Counted from the first letter of the stretch, positions 49,594 through 60,320 are shown. The stretch: DNA of 64,000 nt from Arenicellales bacterium (GCA_965262855.1 OZ253563.1:1635011-1699010); one strand, 5' to 3'. Translations and numbers: made by a program. Notes: generated from the letters alone by a model not told the origin.

Positions 49594-50211
49594 ATGGGTA
49601 AGTATCTTCACGCAGACTCAAATTTATACAGTCATATACGAACACTCAGAATCCTATCAGCATTCTTTTGCATCGGTTTGATAATCGCACTGCTGGGCTG
49701 GCACTATTCGACACGAGTTCAACGGGTGAGCATCCCCCCAGAACTGAGGTATGGAAGTCAAATTTCACTGAATTCCATTCACCCTTGGGAAGTCTATAAC
49801 TTCGCTGGATATATCTGGCAGCAGTTGAATCGCTGCCCTCTGGATTGCTTCAAGGATTACCCTCAAAATTTGGATCGATTGACAGCTTTCATTACTCCCA
49901 CATTAAAGGCATGGTTAAAACATGATAGTGATATTCGCTCATCTGAACTCTTGGGAAGAACACGCTTTATTCTTCCATTAAGTAATGCTAGTTACAACAA
50001 TTCCGTCACCCAAGAAAATTCAGGTCAATGGACAATTACCCTGGATGTTGAACTAAGGGAAGACATTGGTGGCGTGCCTGTAAAGAATGTTCACATTCGT
50101 TACTATCTTCGAGTCATAGCGAAACCGATTGATCCAGAATTCAACCCTTGGGGTTTATTACTGGATACCATGCCTCGCCTTCCGGAACGAATTGCAGTAA
50201 ATCAGTCATGA
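49594..50211 (+). CDS. PFL_4703-family ICE protein (DUF2895)
   Basis: VSIPPELRYG, VYNFAGYIWQQLNR, DPEFNPWGL. Confidence 0.9.
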   Translation: MGKYLHADSNLYSHIRTLRILSAFFCIGLIIALLGWHYSTRVQRVSIPPELRYGSQISLNSIHPWEVYNFAGYIWQQLNRCPLDCFKDYPQNLDRLTAFITPTLKAWLKHDSDIRSSELLGRTRFILPLSNASYNNSVTQENSGQWTITLDVELREDIGGVPVKNVHIRYYLRVIAKPIDPEFNPWGLLLDTMPRLPERIAVNQS

Positions 50212-51008
50212 ACAATTCAATCCATTGCCGACTAGGACCTTTTGCAATTGCTTTATTGTTCAGTGGTGCGACAGCACTTGCAGATGGTGATGCAATCACT
50301 TATCAGTGGCCGAATACTCCAATAGAAATTGATCTCAAAATCGGTAGCGAACAAAGAATGTCAATTCCTGAAGCTGAAAATATTCACATAGGGATTCCTA
50401 ACGAAATCAGCCACCAATTGACATCTCAAATCATTGGTAATCACCTCTGGCTAACAGCAATTGAAGAGTTTGAATCGACAAGAATAATTTTAATCGCAGA
50501 GCCACTGGGCAGGTTAATTCTGCAGATTCGAGCTGGAAGTTCAAATACTTCAAATCAACCCATGGTAATTCGGAGAAAGCGATCCAATGGCACACTCAGT
50601 CCCAAAACCGAAATACCCTCTCACGGATTTGTAGCTCTCACACGCTGGGTGGTTCAACAGCTGTACGCACCGCAAAGACTGCGCAAAAATCTGCCAGGAG
50701 TTGTCAGAATATCAGTTGATGAGACTCCGGCTAACATTTTTCGTTGCGGCGCCAGAATTCCAACTGTGTGTGGTGGTGCAGTCATAGCTATTCCAGTTGG
50801 AAGCTGGCAATCAACGTATCACTATGCGACTGCAGTTCACATTAAGAATACAACGCCTGAGCCTATTGTTCTCGATCCTAGAGAACTTCGTGGCCCGTGG
50901 CGTGCTGCTTCTTTTTTGCACTCGCGTTTACATCCGGAGGGCAAATTCGGTGACAGCACCGTGTTAGTTTTAATTTCAGACTTTCCGTTTGAAAATCCTC
51001 CGCTTTAA
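50208..51008 (+). CDS. PFL_4704-family ICE protein (DUF3438)
   Basis: VALTRWVVQQLYAPQRL, LDPRELRG, H..L...G. Confidence 0.88.
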   Translation: MNNSIHCRLGPFAIALLFSGATALADGDAITYQWPNTPIEIDLKIGSEQRMSIPEAENIHIGIPNEISHQLTSQIIGNHLWLTAIEEFESTRIILIAEPLGRLILQIRAGSSNTSNQPMVIRRKRSNGTLSPKTEIPSHGFVALTRWVVQQLYAPQRLRKNLPGVVRISVDETPANIFRCGARIPTVCGGAVIAIPVGSWQSTYHYATAVHIKNTTPEPIVLDPRELRGPWRAASFLHSRLHPEGKFGDSTVLVLISDFPFENPPL

Positions 51009-51020
51009 CGCTTATCGATC

Positions 51021-52337
51021 TTGAAATTTCATCCTTTGACATGGTTAATTGTGGCTTCGCTACTTGGAATCATTATGTGGTTTGGCTCGACTAAGGACAA
51101 CTCTTTTATCAAGAGACTTTCATCCTCCACTGTTGCTGGAAACAAGCAAAATTCTCCTCGGATGAGTGATCGGGACAGTGCTGCGGAAGAGGTTCGAGCA
51201 GTGGCTACGAAGATTACAAATCTTGAGCAAACTATAAACACCCAGCAAACAGCAAATCATTCGGAACGTGAAAGACTACGTTCCGATATTGAAAGAAAAC
51301 TTGAAAAAGTTCGCCGTTCAATTGAAGAAAAGAAACAAGAGAATTCCATTGAAGAAATACTAAGCTCAGTCAACATGCTCTCCACTCGCGTACAGGAACT
51401 AGAGTTCCAGCAAATTGATCAAACGATAGGAAAGGAACATCAGCAAACATCGTTGCCAAATTTTGTATGGCGAACGTCGGAAGACATGCAAAGTCCAACT
51501 CAATTGGACGATCCATTTGCAAATCATTTCTTAGGGTATTCAACTGATTCTACCACCATTGATAACCAAACACCTGAATTAACTAGTTCAACAATCTACC
51601 CTCACTACACGATTCCACCAACGACAACACTTTTGAATGCGACTGCATTGACGGCGTTAGTAGGTCGCATTCCGGTCAAAGGCAGACTCCAAGATCCCTG
51701 GAGATTCAAAATTATCATTGGCTCAGAGAATTTGGCGGCGAATGGTCACAGAATTCCCCAACTTGCAGGTATGCTGTGGGCTGGAACTGCGAGAGGCGAT
51801 TTCTCCTTATCTTGTGTCTCAGGTAATGTTGACACGGCTACATTCATATATTTAGATGGTACCATCCAAACCTCACGCGCTGAAGTCAACCCCGAAATTT
51901 CAACCTCTGGACTCGGCTGGATTTCGGATGAATTTGGTAACCCGTGTATTTCAGGTGAACTGAAGTCTAATGCGCTGAATTACTTGACTCAGTCAACTCT
52001 TGTCAACACAGCTCAAGCCACTGCGGATGCACTTTCCAACGCCCAAACCGAATCTAGATTTGATGCGAAAACCGGAGAATCAACCACATCTGTCGTAGGA
52101 GATATAGAAAAATTCATAGCAGGTTATGCGACTAGAGAATCGCTAACGGAAGTATCGCAGTGGTTGAATGACCGTCAACTCAATTCTTTCGATGCAATTT
52201 ATATCCCAGCTGGTCAACATGTGGCAATCCACATAGAAGAACCTATTTCAATTGACTATGATCCGTCCGGGCGAAAAACTAGACAATTCGGTAAAAATGT
52301 TTCAACTACGAGTGTCCGTCAAGGTTGGATTGATTAG
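51021..52337 (+). CDS. PFL_4705-family ICE protein (TraB/VirB10-like)
   Basis: PHYTIPP..LTALVGRIP, FKIIIGSENLAANG, GDFSLSCVSG, ISDEFGNPCISG, FDAIYIPAG. Confidence 0.9.
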   Translation: MKFHPLTWLIVASLLGIIMWFGSTKDNSFIKRLSSSTVAGNKQNSPRMSDRDSAAEEVRAVATKITNLEQTINTQQTANHSERERLRSDIERKLEKVRRSIEEKKQENSIEEILSSVNMLSTRVQELEFQQIDQTIGKEHQQTSLPNFVWRTSEDMQSPTQLDDPFANHFLGYSTDSTTIDNQTPELTSSTIYPHYTIPPTTTLLNATALTALVGRIPVKGRLQDPWRFKIIIGSENLAANGHRIPQLAGMLWAGTARGDFSLSCVSGNVDTATFIYLDGTIQTSRAEVNPEISTSGLGWISDEFGNPCISGELKSNALNYLTQSTLVNTAQATADALSNAQTESRFDAKTGESTTSVVGDIEKFIAGYATRESLTEVSQWLNDRQLNSFDAIYIPAGQHVAIHIEEPISIDYDPSGRKTRQFGKNVSTTSVRQGWID

Positions 52338-52686
52338 CCTTACATTGAGTGTTGCTTCATGTACTCAGCTATTTCCATTCAGTACACCAATTCCGAAAAG
52401 TTCGGAAACCATCAAACAAATCTATGACCGACACAATTCGAAAGCAACCACAAACTGGCAAATTAATCAATCGATTCCTGATGGTGCGTCACATCTTGAT
52501 GGCTATTCTAGAGAAGTCTATGACGAATTGTCAGTTCGATTTCCGCGTCTTCCGAACCCTACAATAATCATGTACATATTTCCGCATCTATCTATGGAAG
52601 ATACTCCAGTACCAGGCTATTCAACGATGTTTCAGATGTATGAAAATGTCGAGTATGCACTACCAAATGAGCTACCAATTCCATGA
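52297..52686 (+). CDS. TIGR03751-family ICE lipoprotein
   Basis: Lipobox VASC; RFPRLPNPTIIMYIFPHL..PVPGYSTMFQMYE..YALP. Confidence 0.88.
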   Translation: MFQLRVSVKVGLISLTLSVASCTQLFPFSTPIPKSSETIKQIYDRHNSKATTNWQINQSIPDGASHLDGYSREVYDELSVRFPRLPNPTIIMYIFPHLSMEDTPVPGYSTMFQMYENVEYALPNELPIP

Positions 52687-55496
52687 TTTTTAACATAAAA
52701 AATTGGTTTTCTCGGGAAAACAGCGTAGAAACACAATCAAATGAAGGAATTCAGCTCGTGGAATGGAATGGAAGAGGATGCGAACCGATAACGGTTGAAG
52801 AATATATGGAACCGCAACTGCATCCTGACTCAAACTATCGAAAGCTCGTTAAAGATACTCGCTCATTCACAGACTTGTTAGCTCCACGAATTGATTTGAA
52901 TAACAACACAATTGGACTTCAAGACTTAACTAGTACCGGGAAAGTGTTCGACGTAGTATGTGGCAGTACAGAGGCACGACCTGCAGAGATGCTCAGCAAC
53001 ATGAATGACAGAGTATGCCAGGCAATTGGTCGGGGGATTCCTGAACTTGCAACTAACCCCTGGATCATTCAGTGGTTTATACAAGACGACAGTGACAATG
53101 GATTTCGCACGCTCTCAAATCAGATTTCTACATATGCAAAACAATCAATTAGAGAGAGTGCTTACTCAAAGGACTGGTTGCGTACTTTAGAGAGGCATTT
53201 TCACGACATGACTGCAACTGATGGACTATTTCCAGATTCCAGTTCAATTGGGGGTAGATGGCGGGGCAAGTGTCGTCGGATTCGTTTATGTATCTGGCGA
53301 AAAAATCCAATTCAGAGACGGTCCGATGACGGAAACATTGAACAAGTCTGTACACAATTGATCAATGCACTAGGTCAGGCAGATGTTCAACTGCTTCCAA
53401 CGGGTGCCAAAGAACTGTATGAGTGGCTAACATTCTGGTTTGTACCCTCCCCCGATGCATGTACAGGATTTAAAAGTACCCATGCATTATTGGATGCATA
53501 TCCTTGGAACCCGAGCTTAGAAAATCGATCCATGTCGTTATTCTCGAATTCCGCGAGTTCCGATATTAGTCGCGCTTCGCTACACGGTGCTGCTCCCTGG
53601 ACATGGAAAAAACCTGGCATTTGGTGGTTTAGGGGACAACCTAGCCGATTTATAACGTTGGATGAATTAACTGGAGAACCAGAGATTGGACACTTGACTG
53701 GTGAGCGGCGACTTGGAGATTCAATCGGCACACTATGGGATCAAATGCCGGCAAAGTCCATCTGGTCCATGACGATTGTCTACACTCCGCAAAGTGAAAT
53801 AGAAGAAAAAATCCTTTCCGTAAGACGAAACTCCGTTGGCGATGACCCCGCAGCTGCTGAACGAAGAAATCTAGCCAATTCAGCGCTTACGGAAATTGCT
53901 CGTGGTAATACAGTCTATAGAGTATTTTCTGGTGTATTTCTATTCGGAAGCAATTTACCTGAACTGAATAAGAACACAGAGCATGCACTGGGAGTATTAG
54001 CTGCCCACAAACTCAAACCAGTCTTTCCGCGATATGACCCAATCGCACTAGACAGTTACATTCGAGCTCTTCCATTTGGGTTCGATCCAGATCAGGACAG
54101 CAGGCCATTTGCTAGAAGGGCAAGACTTTGGTATTCGAGCCACCTCGGACGAGTAGTTCCAGCGTTCGGGCGATCGAAAGGGACTGGCTATCCAGGATGT
54201 ATTTTGTTTAATCGTGGCGCTGAACCGATCACGTTTGATCCACTCAACCCTACAGACAGAGAGAAAAATGCTCACTCGCTCATTCTCGGGCCGACTGGCT
54301 CAGGAAAGACAGCGTTCCTGATTTATTTCCTACTACATACGATGGCAGTGCACAGACCTCGAATCCTACTGATTTCAGCACTGCCAACATTCGGGCTGTT
54401 TGCTGATCATTGTGAAAAGCTAGGGTTGTCAATTCACCGTGTCAGGGTTGATGGTCAGAGTAGAGTCGCATTGCCCCCGTTCAAGCACGCTCAAATCTTG
54501 CTGAATCGTAAAAATGCTAAACTGGATTCATCTTCGTCAACAATTCGCGACCCGCTCGGAGAAATGGAAATTCAAGCGCGTCTAATGATAACCGGCGGGC
54601 AATCGAATGAAGAAAACAATCTACGACGAGACGACCTAGATTTGATTCGAATTGCACTGATGAATGCTGCAAAACGATCCGAGAGCGACAAGCGTGACCA
54701 AACGATGACTTCAGACTTGGTGAGTGCCTTACGAGATGCTTCTGATAGCGGTCGAATCGGCAATCATCGACTCACCAAAGAACAGAAACAAAGAGCTGCT
54801 CGAATGGCTGGTGCTGTTAATGTTTTTTGCACTGGGTTGAATGGCGAACTGTTTGATCGCGAGGGAGACTATTGGCCAGCAACCGACATTACTGTCGTTG
54901 AACTTGGACTGCTGGCTCGAAGAGGCTACGAAGATCGTCTCGCAGTGGCTTTGACTGGCCTGTTTTCCATGATCAATAACGAGATTGAAGCAAATCAATA
55001 TCAGGAAAGACAAACGATTGTCGTAATTGATGAGGCACATGTACTGTTACAGAATCCTCTGATCTCTCCTTATGTTAATCGCATCTCTGCAATGTGGAGG
55101 ACATTCGGTGCTTGGTTGTGGATCGCAACACAAAATCTCCGCCAATTCCCTGACAATGCAAAAGAACTACTCAATCAGCCTGAATGGTGGTTTTGCCTGT
55201 CTCTAGACAAAGATGAAATTGATCAACTTGGGCGTTTCAAATCTCTTACTCAACAGCAGAGAAGCCTGCTGCAATCGGCGCGAAAATCCCCAGGCCGATA
55301 CACTGAAGGAACTGTAATTTCCGCCAGACTACTAACACTATTCAGAAACGCCCCTCCTGCAATTGCACTTGCACTGAGTCAAACAGAAAAAAGCGAAAAA
55401 GCTGAAAGAGCAAAGCTCATGAAAGAAAAAAATATTTCCGAAATCGATGCAGCTTACTTGATCGCCGAATCGATCAGAATTGACAGAAGCAAATAA
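52683..55496 (+). CDS. virB4: VirB4/TraC-family conjugative ATPase (PFL_4706 family)
   Basis: NPWIIQWFIQD, WRGKCRRIR, FNRGAEP, LILGPTGSGKT, IDEAH, WLWIATQNL. Confidence 0.93.
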   Translation: MIFNIKNWFSRENSVETQSNEGIQLVEWNGRGCEPITVEEYMEPQLHPDSNYRKLVKDTRSFTDLLAPRIDLNNNTIGLQDLTSTGKVFDVVCGSTEARPAEMLSNMNDRVCQAIGRGIPELATNPWIIQWFIQDDSDNGFRTLSNQISTYAKQSIRESAYSKDWLRTLERHFHDMTATDGLFPDSSSIGGRWRGKCRRIRLCIWRKNPIQRRSDDGNIEQVCTQLINALGQADVQLLPTGAKELYEWLTFWFVPSPDACTGFKSTHALLDAYPWNPSLENRSMSLFSNSASSDISRASLHGAAPWTWKKPGIWWFRGQPSRFITLDELTGEPEIGHLTGERRLGDSIGTLWDQMPAKSIWSMTIVYTPQSEIEEKILSVRRNSVGDDPAAAERRNLANSALTEIARGNTVYRVFSGVFLFGSNLPELNKNTEHALGVLAAHKLKPVFPRYDPIALDSYIRALPFGFDPDQDSRPFARRARLWYSSHLGRVVPAFGRSKGTGYPGCILFNRGAEPITFDPLNPTDREKNAHSLILGPTGSGKTAFLIYFLLHTMAVHRPRILLISALPTFGLFADHCEKLGLSIHRVRVDGQSRVALPPFKHAQILLNRKNAKLDSSSSTIRDPLGEMEIQARLMITGGQSNEENNLRRDDLDLIRIALMNAAKRSESDKRDQTMTSDLVSALRDASDSGRIGNHRLTKEQKQRAARMAGAVNVFCTGLNGELFDREGDYWPATDITVVELGLLARRGYEDRLAVALTGLFSMINNEIEANQYQERQTIVVIDEAHVLLQNPLISPYVNRISAMWRTFGAWLWIATQNLRQFPDNAKELLNQPEWWFCLSLDKDEIDQLGRFKSLTQQQRSLLQSARKSPGRYTEGTVISARLLTLFRNAPPAIALALSQTEKSEKAERAKLMKEKNISEIDAAYLIAESIRIDRSK

Positions 55497-55504
55497 GAAA
55501 CCAT

Positions 55505-55948
55505 ATGAATTTAGGAACGACCTTCCGAGTCCTGTCAGTAATACTAGTGTTTTGTGCAAGCCTTGCGTTTGCTAGCGCACTACCGAAGAATATAAAAATC
55601 TTCTCGGCTCAAGATATGTCTCAGATCGAATTCGATGAAGTGCGGTTCGCTGAAACTGACGTTGAAGTTTATGATATTTCACTGTTGAAAAGTGTTGAAT
55701 TTGCTCTCAGTAACAATCTGTCAGATAACCCCGAAGTTGCACGGAAACAGGCGACTGAGCGAATCGATTCGAATTTTGAATGGCTCAAAACCTCACTAAA
55801 ATCTGCGACGAACGCTTACGTACTTGTACAAAAATTTGGGATAAACAAATTTCCCGCTGTGGTCATCAACGACAAGTTTGTCATTTACGGGACAACCGAT
55901 CCCACCGAAATTCTACGAATATGGCTTTTATTTCAAGATCTAAATTGA
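55505..55948 (+). CDS. PFL_4709-family ICE protein (DUF1525)
   Basis: VEVYDI, FGINKFPAVVINDKFVIYG. Confidence 0.85.
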   Translation: MNLGTTFRVLSVILVFCASLAFASALPKNIKIFSAQDMSQIEFDEVRFAETDVEVYDISLLKSVEFALSNNLSDNPEVARKQATERIDSNFEWLKTSLKSATNAYVLVQKFGINKFPAVVINDKFVIYGTTDPTEILRIWLLFQDLN

Positions 55949-56985
55949 TCGGACTCGGCATTGCCGTAGGAATACTGCTTTCACCACTTCAATCATTTGG
56001 TGGCTCCGTCACTACCGCTGATATTGTATCCCGCTCCTTAAGTGTTGATTGCCTGGAGTGGAAAATATCAGGAATTTGTATTTGGTTGAAGTGTACTATT
56101 TTTGGGTGTTTCATTGTTACAACCCCGAGAATTTCTCATCGTCTGCCCGATTTTGTTGTCAGCGCCTATCCGCAAACAATGCAGTCACCTTGGACCGAAA
56201 TTCGCTCAATTATAGCTACCTTCAGCACTCCTTCAAAAGAACTGCTTTCGGGTGGTAGTATCGTTGGAGTAGGAACCGACAGGCTACAACAAGATTCGCT
56301 GCATTTCAATGAAGTCGATGTCATTGGAAGTCCAGCAACCAAATTTTTAAAATTGGGGAAGTTTTTGTGTCGTTCTCAAGTAGAACCGTTTTTCCCTTAC
56401 TTTGTTTCAGTTGTTGATGCCATTGCTTGGAGAAGCGGATTGCCTGATGGGTTGGAGCGCGAGTCCACTACGCCGGGTGTACGAGAAATTGGCCGTTGGC
56501 CGCACTTTACTTGGGGAACCGTCTATCCCCGCGCTGGCTTTGTCATCCAGAATCATCCAGGCAAGGCTGCTGCAGTATCTTGCCAGAGAGGTATAGATGT
56601 CGTGCTGCGTGACGGGGCAGGGCACGTAGTGAAACCCCTCTCGAAAGCGCGTGAAAATCGTGTAGCTCGAGGTAACAGAGCAGCAAATTCTCAGCACGAA
56701 TGCAATTTGAGCGGAGGTCGCTGGACTTTTAATCCCAAGTCCGACAGTGTCGGGCAATGTGTCAAACAGGTATGGCATCAATGGCTCCCGAATTCGAATG
56801 AAAAAATCGACAGATGGCAGATGCTACTGCCTTCACATAGTAGTAAGTGTGAAACTTTTGGAGAAAGTGAATTTTGGCGGCATGATGCAATTGCTGATGA
56901 TGGCAATTATGTTTGGAACTACTGGGCAAAATACAAGTGCTGTGTAAAAGCAAGTGGAATTCTATTGAATCACTTTGATTTCTAG
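55921..56985 (+). CDS. PFL_4710-family ICE protein (TraU-like)
   Basis: CLEWKISGICIWLKC, FNEVDVIGSP, PYFVSVVD..WRSG, WGTVYPRAG, WNYWAKYKCC. Confidence 0.9.
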   Translation: MAFISRSKLIGLGIAVGILLSPLQSFGGSVTTADIVSRSLSVDCLEWKISGICIWLKCTIFGCFIVTTPRISHRLPDFVVSAYPQTMQSPWTEIRSIIATFSTPSKELLSGGSIVGVGTDRLQQDSLHFNEVDVIGSPATKFLKLGKFLCRSQVEPFFPYFVSVVDAIAWRSGLPDGLERESTTPGVREIGRWPHFTWGTVYPRAGFVIQNHPGKAAAVSCQRGIDVVLRDGAGHVVKPLSKARENRVARGNRAANSQHECNLSGGRWTFNPKSDSVGQCVKQVWHQWLPNSNEKIDRWQMLLPSHSSKCETFGESEFWRHDAIADDGNYVWNYWAKYKCCVKASGILLNHFDF

Positions 56986-57279
56986 TGTAATCCAATCGCG
57001 AAATCAGTAGCTTTGCGCATTCTTTTTGACAAGGTCAATTTTATTTTGCCTATTTCCCCTCAGCGATGCAAGCACTTATCTATCTAAAAAAGAGGGCGTC
57101 GCATCTATAGAAATCCTTGGTTTCCAATACATATCTGATGCGATAAAGTGAGCTGAATACTGCAACATGGCGCTAGCGTACTTTCTCTAGTGAACTCAAT
57201 CTTGCCCTCGAATTTTCCTTAATCAACTATACTACTGCGTTTCATATCTACCTCAACCGACTATCTCACCCAATCCGAA

Positions 57280-57885
57280 ATGATCCCCATGGACGAGTTC
57301 AGTACGCTCATTCAGGTAATACTGATTGATCTGCTATTCGCAGGCGACAATGCGATTGCTGTCGGTCTAGTTGCAGCCGGATTGCCTAAATCCCAACGTA
57401 CAAAAGTAATTGCCGCAGGAATTGGTTTAGCCGTTATTTTGAGAATAATATTCGCTGTTGCAACGGTTCAATTGTTGAAAATTCCGGGCCTGCTGCTGCT
57501 TGGCGGGCTTCTGCTTCTTTGGGTAAGCTGGCGACTTTATGTGGATCTTCGTCAACGAACGGCTTCCGAAGATGCTGGGGGAGATGCGGTAGAAAGTAAT
57601 TCACTTACTTTCAAACAAGCTCTTTTCCAAATTTTAGCTGCAGACGTTTCAATGTCACTCGATAACGTATTGGCAGTTGCAGGAGTTGCACGCGAGCACA
57701 TTACGATTCTGATTTTTGGCCTTGTTCTTTCAGTTGTGCTTATGCTTGTTGCAGCAACACTGATCGCGAATATATTGAACAGACATCGATGGATTGCCTA
57801 TATAGGTATTGCCATAATTCTATTTGTAGCTGGATCCATGATGTGGGAAGGCACTCATGACTTAGTTAAAATAATTTCTACTTGA
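57280..57885 (+). CDS. TerC/YjbE-family integral membrane protein
   Basis: IDLLFAGDNAI, ADVSMSLDNVLAVAGVA, LIFGL. Confidence 0.9.
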   Translation: MIPMDEFSTLIQVILIDLLFAGDNAIAVGLVAAGLPKSQRTKVIAAGIGLAVILRIIFAVATVQLLKIPGLLLLGGLLLLWVSWRLYVDLRQRTASEDAGGDAVESNSLTFKQALFQILAADVSMSLDNVLAVAGVAREHITILIFGLVLSVVLMLVAATLIANILNRHRWIAYIGIAIILFVAGSMMWEGTHDLVKIIST

Positions 57886-57918
57886 AATCTGTGCTGTGCT
57901 TTATACTACTTCAATAAA

Positions 57919-59043
57919 TTGGAAGAACTAAATCAGCGGATACAGAAAATGGACGGTAAAAACTCATATGTTCAATTTGTAGATGTTCAAAAAAGTTACG
58001 ATGGAGAAACTCTTATCGTAAAAAATTTGAACCTTTCGGTTGAACAGGGCGAATTTGTAACGTTACTGGGACCGTCAGGCTCTGGCAAAACCACTTGCCT
58101 CATGATGCTTGCGGGATTTGAAACTGCCACCCACGGAGAAATCATTCTTGATGGGGCGCCAATCAACAACGTTTCTCCCCATAAACGCGAAATTGGAATG
58201 GTTTTCCAGAACTATGCCCTATTCCCGCACATGACAGTTAGCGAAAATTTGGCATTTCCGTTGCGAGTTCGTAAATTGCCTGCTTCTGAAATTGACAGTC
58301 GAGTGAAACAAGCACTAGATATGGTGCAACTTGCCAATTTGGGGGCAAGGCTACCTGGTCAATTATCGGGTGGTCAAGCGCAAAGAGTTGCTGTAGCACG
58401 CGCATTGGTTTTTCGACCTAAACTCGTCTTAATGGACGAACCCTTGGGGGCACTTGATAAGCAGCTTAGGGAGCGGATGCAGTTCGAAATAAAACATATA
58501 CATGAAAGTCTGGACGTCACTGTAATTTACGTGACGCACGATCAAGGAGAAGCACTCACAATGTCCAACCGCATTGCGGTATTCAACGATGGTGTAATTC
58601 AGCAATTAGCACCGCCAGGCGATCTCTATGAAAAACCTGAAAATGCTTTTGTTGCTCAGTTCATCGGTGAAAACAATGTTTTGTTTGGTAAAGTACGACA
58701 CATATCAAATGGACTATGCGATGTAGAAGTTTTAGATAGAAGTGTTGTCAAGGCTAAAGTTGTAAATGTAGAGGGTGTCGGGTCACCTACCACACTGTCT
58801 CTTAGACCGGAGAGAGTAACTGTCAACCCCGAAAGTGGAACCTGTGCCAACATGGTTGAGGCGAGCGTTGAAGAAGTCATTTATCTTGGCGATCATGTCA
58901 GAACCCGCGTCAGCCTATGCGGGCATGACGATTTCGTCATCAAAATTCCAAACTCACATAACAGAGTCGATTTGGATTACGGGGATAAAATCTCCGTAGG
59001 TTGGCAGCCCGAAGATTGCCGCGCACTTGATGCAGTAGCATAA
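57919..59043 (+). CDS. PotA-like polyamine ABC transporter ATP-binding protein with TOBE domain (orphan here)
   Basis: GPSGSGKT, VFQNYALFPH, LSGGQAQR, MDEPLGALD; alternative ATG at 57949. Confidence 0.9.
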   Translation: MEELNQRIQKMDGKNSYVQFVDVQKSYDGETLIVKNLNLSVEQGEFVTLLGPSGSGKTTCLMMLAGFETATHGEIILDGAPINNVSPHKREIGMVFQNYALFPHMTVSENLAFPLRVRKLPASEIDSRVKQALDMVQLANLGARLPGQLSGGQAQRVAVARALVFRPKLVLMDEPLGALDKQLRERMQFEIKHIHESLDVTVIYVTHDQGEALTMSNRIAVFNDGVIQQLAPPGDLYEKPENAFVAQFIGENNVLFGKVRHISNGLCDVEVLDRSVVKAKVVNVEGVGSPTTLSLRPERVTVNPESGTCANMVEASVEEVIYLGDHVRTRVSLCGHDDFVIKIPNSHNRVDLDYGDKISVGWQPEDCRALDAVA

Positions 59044-59076
59044 GCAGACTGTTTAGTTACATTCTGTGCTAAATTT

Positions 59077-59092
59077 GCTGGCTGTTGCCAGC
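59077..59092. terminator. Possible hairpin between the convergent potA-like gene and argD
   Basis: GCTGGC-tgtt-GCCAGC with short T-rich flanks. Confidence 0.35.
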
Positions 59093-59096
59093 TGTT

Positions 59097-60320
59097 TCAA
59101 GAATGCTGCAAAATAACCTTTCGCAGGATTTCCATCGCACGAGATATTTCTGCTTTGCGAATGGTAAAAGCAGGGAGTAGTCGAATGACACTAGGTCCCG
59201 ATTGAAGAATGAGTAAACCCTCACTTAAACAGGCTTGCATGATTTTCGCAGCAATTTGACCGTGTTCCTCGCGTATTTCTGCACCTATCATCAAGCCCTT
59301 ACCTCGAATTTCGCTAAAAAAGTTCGTTTGTTGATTGATACCTTTCAACATATCAAGCAAGTAGTCACCTTTCTCAACGATTTCATTAAGAAAATTTGTT
59401 GAACTGACTTTATTGAAAACCACGCGCGCAACCGCGCAACAGATAGGATTGCCACCGAATGTCGATCCATGACTGCCTAGACTTAAGGTCTCTTCTAATT
59501 TTGGGCCCAATAGTGTCGCTCCGATCGGAAGTCCTCCCCCAAAAGCTTTTGCAACAGTAATTATATCGGGAACGACATTTTCCGCCCAAGAGTGAGCAAA
59601 CAGTTTGCCTGTTCGCCCCATTCCGCACTGTACTTCATCACAAATTAACAACGCCTGATTATCTTCGCAGAGTCTACTGACATGTCTCAAGAAATTAGTT
59701 GAAAAGAGTCGTATTCCTCCTTCGCCCTGGATGGGTTCAAGCATTACCGCGCACACATCCGAACTGAAGAGCTCGTTTAGGTGTTCAATATTGTTGAACT
59801 CACAATATCGAAATCCACCAGGAAGAGGTCCGAAGCCTTCGTGATATTTTGGCTGAGCCGTAGCAGTTACGGAAGCAATTGTTCTGCCGTGGAAAGAACC
59901 GGTGAATGTGATAATCGTTCGTTTGTCCGACGAGAAATTGTCGTACGCAAATTTACGGGCAACCTTTATTGCCGCTTCGTTGGCTTCTGCACCAGAGTTG
60001 CAGAAAAATACTCGATTTGCAAATGTCTTTTCAACAATTTCGCTGGCCAATCGAACCGGTGGTTCCGTGAAATAAATGTTACTCGTGTGCCAGAGCCGAT
60101 CTGCTTGTTCCATCAGAGCTGCTAGAATTTCTGGATTTCGATGTCCTAGGCAATTGACACCGATTCCGGAGCCGAGATCCAAATATTCATTGCCGTCAAC
60201 ATCCCACAGAGTGCTACCGTATCCTGATTCAAACACAACATCACGCGGTTTGTAGTTGGGTGCATACGACTGATGCCCGAGAGAAATCATGTGAGATTGA
60301 TTGTCACTACTAATTTCCAT
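59097..60320 (-). CDS. argD: Acetylornithine/succinyldiaminopimelate aminotransferase (minus strand; ORF track shows + in error)
   Basis: CAT at 60318-60320, TCA at 59097-59099; FCNSGAEANE, SFHGRT, EPIQGEGG, DEVQCGMGRTG, AKAFGGGLP, HGSTFGGNP. Confidence 0.92.
   Translation of the reverse strand: MEISSDNQSHMISLGHQSYAPNYKPRDVVFESGYGSTLWDVDGNEYLDLGSGIGVNCLGHRNPEILAALMEQADRLWHTSNIYFTEPPVRLASEIVEKTFANRVFFCNSGAEANEAAIKVARKFAYDNFSSDKRTIITFTGSFHGRTIASVTATAQPKYHEGFGPLPGGFRYCEFNNIEHLNELFSSDVCAVMLEPIQGEGGIRLFSTNFLRHVSRLCEDNQALLICDEVQCGMGRTGKLFAHSWAENVVPDIITVAKAFGGGLPIGATLLGPKLEETLSLGSHGSTFGGNPICCAVARVVFNKVSSTNFLNEIVEKGDYLLDMLKGINQQTNFFSEIRGKGLMIGAEIREEHGQIAAKIMQACLSEGLLILQSGPSVIRLLPAFTIRKAEISRAMEILRKVILQHS

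Noticed and set aside
56986-57279. yybP-ykoY riboswitch expected upstream of the TerC/YjbE gene
   Set aside because: No GGGGAGUAG or GCAAGACC-type signature found
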